This document shows positions 6,595-13,423 of a stretch of 14,157 bases of DNA, piece by piece. The notes beneath the pieces were generated by a model. The model made no database searches. It was not told where the DNA came from and saw nothing but the letters and a program-made list of their open reading frames with translations. Source of the stretch: a virus; the IMG/VR virus record IMGVR_UViG_3300050506_000139, positions 1-14,157 of that record. The stretch is one strand, 5' to 3'. The number at the start of each line of letters is the position of its first letter. Within the stretch, counting starts at the first letter, position 1. A program made the translations under genes and the position numbers.

Positions 6595-8022
6595 TCACAC
6601 CCGCTGCCGTATCACGCCGAATGGGCCGGCGCGCCGCATGATGGTTCTGTTCTGGAAGCGCTGTGGCGTAACGGGCTTATGTCGCACCGTCTCGACGAGG
6701 CAATAGCGAAGGCTATCCAAGGCGTGCGATGGGATCCGCTCGTCGATTTCTTCGCGATAGAGGCCCGTGCGCTTGTCGAAGAGCCACGAAGCAGCCTTGA
6801 TCTCGCGAATGAGATTCGTGCAGGCGTCGAGGATGCGCAGGCGCGGACCGTCGGGTCCCGGGTGCAGCCAGGTTTGGATATGCGTTAGGCCCGGCTTGAT
6901 CGACTTGTCGGTGCCGCGCGCATTCAGTCCACGTCGGCAAAATGCATCGATGACATCTGGCCGGGCGGAATCGACCACGACCGTGTTAGCCTGCCATCCA
7001 TTCGCCAGCTCGCGGATCACGGTCGCCCATGTTCGTCCGTGTTCATCGCCAAATGAATGTAGATGCGCCTCGTACACTTCTTCGGTGACGAGCAATTCAT
7101 CACCGAAATCGAGCAGAACGATCGCAGCGCCAGGCTGCGCATAGCCGACGTCGTGACCAATCGCAGCAGCCTTCGCCATGCTTCGGAGCGACCGGCCGCT
7201 CAGAGAGATTCCGTAACGAAGCTTCGCTTCCCTCTCTGTGATGACATGGATTTCGTCGTCAAACTCATCCAGAACGCGCGAACTCGACGGCGCTTCCCAG
7301 TTGGCGAGCCATAGCCGACGAAAGGACCGCTCGGGCAGTGTCTCCTGGGCGGCTTCGATCTCAGTCGTCTGGATGACGGGATTCGCACTCGTTGGCCAGC
7401 CGAATGAAGCGTAATCGGGATGGTACGAAGAATCATCCGGCATCCCGCGCCGCACCAGCTCGCTATAGGTCCAGTGCGTAGGATTGTCGGGCGTCGTAGT
7501 GAAGAGCGCGAAGCTATGCGGCGCCCAGTCGGCGAGCCTGGCGCGCAAAACTTCATTCCACAGTCCCGGCTCCGTGCCTGGTGTCGTCAACTCGTCGACG
7601 AACACTCCATGCAAGCGGAGACCGCGCAACCGTTCGCCGCCGTCTTCGCCCGAGCGAAACGAGACGAGCACATCGCCTTTGAGCCAAAGATCCTGCTCGT
7701 GACGGTTCCAGCTTTCGACGAGAGCATCTCCGGCCGCTTCGAAGGTTAGCCGCCGTGGCTCTGAGAGCATGCCGAACGTCGGCGTGCAAACGAGCAGATG
7801 AACCGCCGGCCTCCGATCCTTGCCGATGCCGGCCACCTGGTTGACGTGGCCCTGCGCGCGCAGTTCGTAGCCGCGCTGCAGAAGTGCCGTGACGGCTGCG
7901 CGCGTCTTGCCGCTTCGGTTGCCGGCCGAAGCCGTGACGAACCGCTTACGGCACTGCATGAATTCTGCCTGCGCAGGATGCGGTGTAAAATCATTGGCTG
8001 GTATTCGAATGCTGACTGTCAA
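6595..8022 (-). CDS. terL: Terminase large subunit
   Basis: Q-motif HPAQAEF, Walker A GNRSGKT, Walker B LHGVFVDE and coupling motif FTTTP. Nuclease-domain acidic motifs IGHDVGY, VVVDSARP and SHALDSLRYC. The Q-motif lies upstream of the first ATG, so the TTG at 8022 is the likely start; it overlaps the upstream stop as TTGA. Confidence 0.9.
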   Translation of the reverse strand: MTVSIRIPANDFTPHPAQAEFMQCRKRFVTASAGNRSGKTRAAVTALLQRGYELRAQGHVNQVAGIGKDRRPAVHLLVCTPTFGMLSEPRRLTFEAAGDALVESWNRHEQDLWLKGDVLVSFRSGEDGGERLRGLRLHGVFVDELTTPGTEPGLWNEVLRARLADWAPHSFALFTTTPDNPTHWTYSELVRRGMPDDSSYHPDYASFGWPTSANPVIQTTEIEAAQETLPERSFRRLWLANWEAPSSSRVLDEFDDEIHVITEREAKLRYGISLSGRSLRSMAKAAAIGHDVGYAQPGAAIVLLDFGDELLVTEEVYEAHLHSFGDEHGRTWATVIRELANGWQANTVVVDSARPDVIDAFCRRGLNARGTDKSIKPGLTHIQTWLHPGPDGPRLRILDACTNLIREIKAASWLFDKRTGLYREEIDERIPSHALDSLRYCLVETVRHKPVTPQRFQNRTIMRRAGPFGVIRQRV

Positions 8023-8222
8023 TGCAAATCAGGCTCCAGCGCGTGCTCCACGTCGTCGAGTAGCCGCACGCAGGTGCGCTGCATTTCCTTGACACAGCCC
8101 GCCAATGCAATGAGCGCTTGCCGATCGCGTTTCTCGAGCGCATCGAGAAACCGAGGGTTTCGTAGGCTCGCCACATGTCCTGCGGCCATCCTGGCGTAAT
8201 CGTGCAAATGCGATAAGAGCAT
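8019..8222 (-). CDS. Small helical hypothetical protein
   Basis: 67-aa ORF with ATG at 8222, 2 nt after the Gly-rich gene's stop. Its own stop overlaps the TerL start. Confidence 0.5.
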   Translation of the reverse strand: MLLSHLHDYARMAAGHVASLRNPRFLDALEKRDRQALIALAGCVKEMQRTCVRLLDDVEHALEPDLH

Positions 8223-8224
8223 CT

Positions 8225-9193
8225 CTAGCTTCCCAGCAATTGCACGATCGTGCCCGCAGACCCGGACGCTCCGTTGGTGCCGCCATTGGTTCCTGTGCCA
8301 CCCGCACCACCGCTAACGGTTGGGGCCGTACCGATCGCCGAGCTCATGGTTGTGAGCAAGATTCCACCACCACCGCCACCACCACCGCCACCGCTGCTGC
8401 TATTGCTGCCCGTGCCAGCGCCATTACCGCCGGCACCGCCGTTTGCGGTGATAGAACCGGAATTCGAAATCTGTACTGCAGCGATGACTATGATGCCACC
8501 GCCTGCCCCGCCTCCGCCACCTTCACCACCGGTACCACCCCCGAAAACAGCTCCGCCACCCCCACCGCCAGATCCGCCCTTTAGACTTACCAATGCAGAT
8601 GCGCCAACGATAGCGCCCAGCGTTGCCATTGGATTCGCTCGGTATCCTCCGGCGCTGGCAGAAGGGGCAGTTGCCGCTCCGCCTGCACCTCCGGTATCTG
8701 GTGCACCGATTGCGGAGTCGCCTCCGTTCCCACCAACGCCACCGATCTGATTAGATCCCCCGGCGCCGCCGGACGCTCCGGCTCCGGTTCCATTTGATCC
8801 CGCACCGCCTGCCGATCCTGAAAGTAACGACCCAGCCGCACCCGCAGTGCCACCAGCGCCGCCGTTGGATCCTGCTACTGCGTTGGCCCCGGCATTACCT
8901 GCAACTGAGATGATCCCACCAGATGCAATCGAGAGTAGTTGGGATACGTAGATGCGGAAACCGGCCGGCTTTAGTACACCTGTGCTACTGATTGTAAGAT
9001 TGCGGTAATACATATCCCGCGTGAGGGTCGTCGTTCCACCGGTGATAGTGACGTCGCCGTCGCTGCCATCACCAAATATGCCGCTTCCGCCGATCAAGCC
9101 GTTAATATCGTCTTGAACGGTTTGTCCCCATGTTGGCGTGAAAACAGTTCCGTTAAGCCAGGTAGCGGGCGAAGTAATCTTTCCGATCGCCAT
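8225..9193 (-). CDS. Glycine-rich beta-helix-like protein, putative fibre / receptor-binding protein
   Basis: The N-terminus reads FGDGSDGDVTITGGTTTLTRDMYYRNLTISSTGVLKPAGFRIYV. It is followed by long G/A/S/N/T repeats (GGAGG, GNGG) and a run of 10 Gly. This resembles phage fibre-like glycine-rich proteins from memory. The plus-strand Pro-rich ORF 8250-8750 is its mirror. Confidence 0.6.
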   Translation of the reverse strand: MAIGKITSPATWLNGTVFTPTWGQTVQDDINGLIGGSGIFGDGSDGDVTITGGTTTLTRDMYYRNLTISSTGVLKPAGFRIYVSQLLSIASGGIISVAGNAGANAVAGSNGGAGGTAGAAGSLLSGSAGGAGSNGTGAGASGGAGGSNQIGGVGGNGGDSAIGAPDTGGAGGAATAPSASAGGYRANPMATLGAIVGASALVSLKGGSGGGGGGAVFGGGTGGEGGGGGAGGGIIVIAAVQISNSGSITANGGAGGNGAGTGSNSSSGGGGGGGGGGILLTTMSSAIGTAPTVSGGAGGTGTNGGTNGASGSAGTIVQLLGS

Positions 9194-9195
9194 AG

Positions 9196-9384
9196 TTAAA
9201 TGCTCTCCAAATCCGCTAGCGTCGCGCGCATGCTCTCGATGTCGTGAATCAACGCTTCAAGCGCCGAGTCAACTTCGCCGATCAGCGGGCGCGGATCGCT
9301 CTGCAAGATACAATCAAGCTCCGCCAGACGATCAGCCGCCTGGCGGAGATGTGCTACCAGCGTGCGCGTGATGCTGACGCTCAA
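9196..9384 (-). CDS. Small helical hypothetical protein
   Basis: 62-aa ORF. TTG start overlaps the upstream stop (TTGA), and it ends 2 nt before the Gly-rich gene's ATG. Confidence 0.45.
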   Translation of the reverse strand: MSVSITRTLVAHLRQAADRLAELDCILQSDPRPLIGEVDSALEALIHDIESMRATLADLESI

Positions 9385-9614
9385 TCGCGGTTCCTCGGCG
9401 GCAAATCGGCGTTCGCGTCTTTAATCATCTGTTCTTGCTCGGCCTGTCCCGTCCTGCGCCCACCGCCGGCAGGCGTACGAAATGCATCATTGCCCAGGTT
9501 TCCGGCGCGCCGCTCCTTGCGCATACCGCCCACTAGGCCAGTATCGCTCTGTTCGCCGGTCGCCTTTTCGTCGCGGGCCTTTTGACTCTGTGAATGAAAG
9601 TTGCTTTTACCCAT
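9381..9614 (-). CDS. Small basic, probably disordered protein
   Basis: 77-aa ORF with ATG at 9614 preceded by GAGGAA. Rich in K, R, G, Q and E with no hydrophobic core. Confidence 0.5.
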   Translation of the reverse strand: MGKSNFHSQSQKARDEKATGEQSDTGLVGGMRKERRAGNLGNDAFRTPAGGGRRTGQAEQEQMIKDANADLPPRNRD

Positions 9615-9626
9615 AGGTTCTATTCC

Positions 9627-10115
9627 TCATTCCGTGATAGTTGATTCCGCGAGCCGCTGAATTGCTGCTCGCCAATTCGGTCCACGTTGATTGTTGATGA
9701 GCTCTCGCAAGCGCTCAAATACGGTCGCGAGCGGGTTGCCCTCTTGTTTCAGCTCGTGAGCCAGGAGCAGGATGGCGCGTCCGACATCGGAGTCGAGGCT
9801 CACGTCGGCGATGAACCGTTGCTGATTCTCGTGACGCTGTTGGGCGCGTTCGGTTCCGAGCGCCATTTCGGAAAGCATCGCGGCTTCTTGATGTCGCTCC
9901 TCGAGCGAAGCGAGATCCTTCTTTCGCTGTAGCTGCTCGAGCGTGGCGCGCTCTGCGTCGGTGAATATGGTAGCCGCCGTCGGTTCGTCGTCTGGCAAAC
10001 GACGTGTCTCTAGCGGCTCCGCGGTTCGAGAGGCGCGTTCCTCGGCAAGTGCAGCATTGACGTCGATCGGCCGGTTCTCTTCTGGAAACCAGCTGCTCTG
10101 GTACGGGAACGCCAT
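9627..10115 (-). CDS. Hypothetical protein (acidic, helical)
   Basis: 162-aa ORF. Its ATG is immediately adjacent to the upstream stop (TAAATG). Protein-like composition. Confidence 0.6.
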   Translation of the reverse strand: MAFPYQSSWFPEENRPIDVNAALAEERASRTAEPLETRRLPDDEPTAATIFTDAERATLEQLQRKKDLASLEERHQEAAMLSEMALGTERAQQRHENQQRFIADVSLDSDVGRAILLLAHELKQEGNPLATVFERLRELINNQRGPNWRAAIQRLAESTITE

Positions 10116-10421
10116 TTACTTGCTCGCCTTCTTCGCGGCTTCGCGCTCAGCGTATTCCGCCTCGGTCAACAGGCTCGGGCAGGCGTTGCGCACCGACCAG
10201 GGCGAGATACCGGTGCCGAGTTCGGCATCGAAGGGAATCTCGACCCATTCATTCTTGGCGACCGACTTTTTGACGCCTTCGAAGTTCAGGATGCAAGTGC
10301 CGGGCGGATAGCCACGGGGTAAAAGCTCGCGGGTCTGTTCGACGATCTTGCGCACTTTCTTGACGTCATCGTAAAAATAGTCGGCCCAAAGATACATTCC
10401 GCTGTTGAAATACTTCGGCAT
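10116..10421 (-). CDS. Hypothetical protein
   Basis: 101-aa ORF with ATG at 10421 preceded by ACGGAGGAAAAATAAC. Aromatic-rich, globular-looking sequence. Confidence 0.65.
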   Translation of the reverse strand: MPKYFNSGMYLWADYFYDDVKKVRKIVEQTRELLPRGYPPGTCILNFEGVKKSVAKNEWVEIPFDAELGTGISPWSVRNACPSLLTEAEYAEREAAKKASK

Positions 10422-10460
10422 GTTATTTTTCCTCCGTGTTAAGTGGTGTTCGGTTACGAG

Positions 10461-10766
10461 TCATTTGCTCTTCCTTCTGTCGCGAATCTCCCGGATCACG
10501 TCGCCAACCATTTCGGCCAGCCGCTCATGGGCCGTACCCTTTCGATCGAGCGCAGCACCTGCAATCGCGTCCAATCGATTGGCCGGCTGGCGTTCGGCCG
10601 GCGCAGGTTCGGCCGGTGCATTTTTCTTGGCCTCGAGCTCGGCGCGTTGGGCGGGCGAAAGCTGCGCCTTGAGCAATTCGGCTTTCAAGCGGGCTGCCTT
10701 GGCCGAGTGTTCTTCGGCGGCAATTTCCGCCTCTTGCAGGCGTCGGAAAACGTTATCGTCACTCAC
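10461..10766 (-). CDS. Coiled-coil hypothetical protein; first gene after the leader and terminator
   Basis: I prefer the in-frame GTG at 10766 (GAGGA 7 nt upstream). The track's TTG start at 10796 lies inside the U-tract of the upstream hairpin. Ala/Glu/Lys-rich helical sequence. Confidence 0.55.
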   Translation of the reverse strand: MSDDNVFRRLQEAEIAAEEHSAKAARLKAELLKAQLSPAQRAELEAKKNAPAEPAPAERQPANRLDAIAGAALDRKGTAHERLAEMVGDVIREIRDRRKSK

Positions 10767-10794
10767 GCGCACATCCTCGCTTTCGGTTGGTTGC

Positions 10795-10838
10795 AAAAAA
10801 ACGCTCTGCTAGTCCGCATTCTGTCGAGTGGGCAGAGC
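10795..10838 (-). terminator. Hairpin plus U7 tract (intrinsic-terminator-like) on the minus strand
   Basis: The minus strand reads GCTCTGC-(22 nt)-GCAGAGC-G-TTTTTTT. The loop is large, so this is tentative. It is preceded by a 9-bp-stem hairpin at 10843-10871 (ACACCGCAA/TTGCGGTGT). Confidence 0.4.
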
Positions 10839-11189
10839 AGCCACACCGCAAAGGAGGCGCCGTTGCGGTGTCGGCGCCGGGCCGCGGACCTTGGCCCTGA
10901 CAAATGAAAGAAATGCCCGCTGCCCATGTCTCTGCGGTCGGCGGGCGCAACCGGGCCGGGTCGGCACATGGGCGGCCGATGAATCATGGTCGGCTTCTCC
11001 ACCGGCCGCGAGTGCGTGTGAGGATATCGACCGACCGGGGCTTCCCGAGGTCACGCCACCGTCCACCTAGAAAGGCAATTTTAAGGTCGGCTTTGGCGTC
11101 TGACCCGCCGGGGCGGGCAGAACCACGGGAGACGGAATTGCACCCTCTAGATTCCGCGATCTGCTCGTGCAAAACGCATTTCTCAGCGG

Positions 11190-11660
11190 TCATATTTGGG
11201 CCTGCCTATGGCGTCGAAGTCCTGCCAGGCGCGCTGCCTTCTGTTCAGGAGTAAGCCGGTCCCAGTTGCGGGCTGGCTTCGGCGCGGGAGCGCTAGACGC
11301 TGCCGCCGTGGTGCCGCCTTTCCGTGTGACCTCGAGCTCTGCGCCCTCGCAGGCGCGGCACAGAATCACGTAACGCCATTCCTGCACGCCTTCGGGCAGG
11401 TGGTACAGAACGGCCGGCGCGCATGAATCGCGGCCGATGCCAAACCGGCTCGAGCAATGGAAGCATCGATCGGCTTGGTCATGGAGCTGTGCGAGTAGCG
11501 GCTTGTAGGTGTGGTCCGCGTTGCAGTAGCCACGGCTCTCGAGCGCAAGCAGCTCCCGCTTCCAGGGATTGACGCAGCATTGCGTGAAGCCGTCGATTAG
11601 AAAGGCTCTGTGCCCGCATTCGGGACAATTGGCATGTTTCAGCGGTTCGGTCTGTCTCAC
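11190..11660 (-). CDS. Cys-rich zinc-finger protein (possible degenerate HNH-like or Q-like regulator)
   Basis: CPECGH, CFHC and LCRAC pairs are present. YHLPEG....LCRAC loosely resembles an HNH beta-beta-alpha-metal core. I prefer the GTG at 11660 (AGGGAG 8 nt upstream), overlapping the upstream stop as GTGA. The track ORF extends to 11816 in a frame overlapping the previous gene. Confidence 0.5.
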   Translation of the reverse strand: MRQTEPLKHANCPECGHRAFLIDGFTQCCVNPWKRELLALESRGYCNADHTYKPLLAQLHDQADRCFHCSSRFGIGRDSCAPAVLYHLPEGVQEWRYVILCRACEGAELEVTRKGGTTAAASSAPAPKPARNWDRLTPEQKAARLAGLRRHRQAQI

Positions 11661-11839
11661 CTCGAAGGCTCCCTCTCGGGCCATAGCTGAAACGGGACGG
11701 CCAGCGGCGGTCGCGAGGGCTCCTTCGCGGCCTGTGATGCGGCATGCTGCTCTTGGCACTCCGCCGAGCAGTACACGTGAAGGCCACCGGGGATGGTGCC
11801 GCCGCACCAGATGCACTGTGTCTCTTTGTCGTCGCTCAC
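11657..11839 (-). CDS. Small zinc-ribbon protein (zf-FCS/TRASH-like CxxC-x12-CxxxC)
   Basis: GTG at 11839 is preceded by GAGGAGGAACCGAA and overlaps the upstream stop (GTGA). Motif CIWCGGTIPGGLHVYCSAEC. Confidence 0.55.
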   Translation of the reverse strand: MSDDKETQCIWCGGTIPGGLHVYCSAECQEQHAASQAAKEPSRPPLAVPFQLWPEREPSR

Positions 11840-12441
11840 TTCGGTTCCTCCTCGTGTTCGGGTAATGCGTACATTTTCAGCCCCAGCTCGGGCCGCTCGG
11901 TCACCACGGCCAACCGCAGCGAACCATCGGACGCCTCGAGGTAGACGCGGCCATCGCTGCCCTGCCAGCCCTCGAGCGCCGCACCGGTTGCGCCACGCAG
12001 CGAGACCCGCTGCATGCCGCCACTCGAGACCTGCGCGATTTGGATCAACGTGGGCTGTGGCGTGCTTGCCGCGGCTGCTTCGGCATTCATACGCCTTTCG
12101 CGTACCTTGCTGCGGCTATCGAGAAGGTGAGCCACGCGGGCAGAGATGTAATCCAGTCCCTTGCGCACGTTCTCGTCGCCCAGCGGATCGGGGTGGTCGC
12201 GCATTACACGCTGCGCTTTGGCGATCTCAAGCGCCGCCTGGCTAGTCAAAACGTTCTCGTCGCCGTAGTTAAGCCGTAGCAGCCTGTTATTACCCGTATA
12301 ATTACCAAGGTCTTCGCCGCGTAACTGCTTCGAATACAGGCCAGTCTTGAGAGCGTTCAAATTGCCGCGAGGAGCGCCACCGCGGCCTCGTCGTTTGGGG
12401 GGCTGGCGTCGCGTTGTTTTTGGCGTTTCACCGGCACTCAT
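11836..12441 (-). CDS. Basic N-terminus protein with GAPRGNLNALKTGLYS motif; possible small-terminase-like DNA-binding protein
   Basis: 201-aa ORF with ATG at 12441 and GCGAGG upstream. From memory, the motif G-A-P-x-G-N-x-N-A-x-K-x-G-x-Y-S occurs in YjcR-type and small-terminase-like phage proteins. Not verified. Confidence 0.6.
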   Translation of the reverse strand: MSAGETPKTTRRQPPKRRGRGGAPRGNLNALKTGLYSKQLRGEDLGNYTGNNRLLRLNYGDENVLTSQAALEIAKAQRVMRDHPDPLGDENVRKGLDYISARVAHLLDSRSKVRERRMNAEAAAASTPQPTLIQIAQVSSGGMQRVSLRGATGAALEGWQGSDGRVYLEASDGSLRLAVVTERPELGLKMYALPEHEEEPK

Positions 12442-12526
12442 GCTGCCTCGCTGTTTGCATTCCCGTCCATACCGGCGTCCATACAGAACCCGTTAACCAT
12501 GCGAACTCTTTGGAATAGCACAGGCC

Positions 12527-12556
12527 TATATAGCCTCTGTGCAATCGCGCTGCTAA
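12527..12556 (-). promoter_or_regulatory. Candidate sigma70-like promoter (TTAGCA-18 nt-TATATA) upstream of 12441
   Basis: The minus strand reads TTAGCA (12556-12551), an 18-nt spacer, then TATATA (12532-12527). It sits in the most A/T-rich stretch of the 12442-12634 intergenic region. Confidence 0.3.
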
Positions 12557-12605
12557 TAATTGCGCATAGTTGCGTTTGTTTGGCGCTACTTTCGATGGCG
12601 CGCGT

Positions 12606-12629
12606 GAGGCAGGCGACGAGGCAGGCGAC
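12606..12629. repeat. Tandem 12-mer x2 (GAGGCAGGCGAC)
   Basis: Read directly from the sequence: 12606-12617 equals 12618-12629. Located 5 nt from the DnaC-like stop codon. Confidence 0.9.
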
Positions 12630-12634
12630 AACCA

Positions 12635-13423
12635 TCATCGCCCACCACCACGCAGGCTATTGCCGCTGACCACGTAGAACCGACCGCCATCTTTGAGCCG
12701 ATCCAGAATCCGCACGCCATAGCGGGTTTTGAACTCGGTCAACGTGCAGTTGGTCGTCAAGATCGTCTTGCGGCCGTCGGCGTAACGGGCATTGACCACA
12801 CCATCGAGCAGCGAGGAGAACGCGCCACCGCGGTCGTTGAACTCGGTCCCAACGTCATCGACGATGAGTAGGCTACAGCGCTCAATCTTGGCCATGGCTT
12901 CATCATCGAAACGGGGATAGCGAGCCAGCTGGGGCGCAGTGAGGAACACCACGACCGACGATGCTTTCGCAAAGACGTTGCTCTGTTTCAGGGACTCAAG
13001 TGCGCGTTGGCGAAGAAGCTGATAAACAGCGGTCGCGCATGCGCTGGTCTTGGCCAAGCCTTTGTTGCCAGCGAGAACCAAAAGCCAATCAGAGCCAGCG
13101 ATGAAGTCACGCGCTACCCGATGTGCTTCGGCGTCGCATTTACCGCCAAGGACCTGATCGACAAATCGGCGAGGCAGATCGCTGGATTTAAACCGGAGCT
13201 CGGCCCGTTCCAACGCATCACGCCGGTCTTCTTCTTCGCAAAGCCGCTTCTGCTGCGCCTGATAGCGTTCGAGCTGGGCTGCGAAGTCGGGATCGGCTTC
13301 TATTCGGGTAAGAATGTCCTTGTAGGTTAGACCAACGCTGGGGTCAGCCAATGTGGTCGTGACAGTGTCGCTAAGATTAGTCATCGATTGCCTGTTCCCC
13401 TGCGGGTCCGTAATCACGGTCAT
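12635..13423 (-). CDS. DnaC/IstB-like AAA+ ATPase (helicase-loader-like) with atypical Walker A
   Basis: Walker A-like GNKGLAKT has Ala where the GKT glycine is expected. Walker B LLIVDDVG, sensor-1 TILTTN and RILDRL are present. Alternative ATG at 13384 would overlap the upstream stop by 8 nt instead of 47. Confidence 0.8.
   Translation of the reverse strand: MTVITDPQGNRQSMTNLSDTVTTTLADPSVGLTYKDILTRIEADPDFAAQLERYQAQQKRLCEEEDRRDALERAELRFKSSDLPRRFVDQVLGGKCDAEAHRVARDFIAGSDWLLVLAGNKGLAKTSACATAVYQLLRQRALESLKQSNVFAKASSVVVFLTAPQLARYPRFDDEAMAKIERCSLLIVDDVGTEFNDRGGAFSSLLDGVVNARYADGRKTILTTNCTLTEFKTRYGVRILDRLKDGGRFYVVSGNSLRGGGR

Noticed and set aside
6394-6888. 164-aa plus-strand ORF crossing the operator array into the terL 3' end
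   Set aside because: It overlaps the strongly supported TerL C-terminus in antisense, and its N-terminal part is translated from the repeat array. Spurious.
8250-8750. 166-aa proline-rich plus-strand ORF (PPPPPPPPP...)
   Set aside because: It is the mirror image of the Gly-rich gene, since GGN codons read as NCC on the other strand. This is a shadow ORF.
10763-11254. Several 63-116-aa ORFs on both strands within the leader region
   Set aside because: The translations are R/G/P/C-rich and mutually overlapping, with no RBS. The region is better explained as structured non-coding sequence.
11190-11816. The full 208-aa ORF as annotated in the track, or a programmed frameshift fusing it to the zinc-ribbon ORF
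   Set aside because: Its first 52 codons overlap the well-initiated 60-aa zinc-ribbon gene in another frame and look non-protein-like. A GTG with a good RBS at 11660 explains the layout without a frameshift, and no slippery heptamer is evident.
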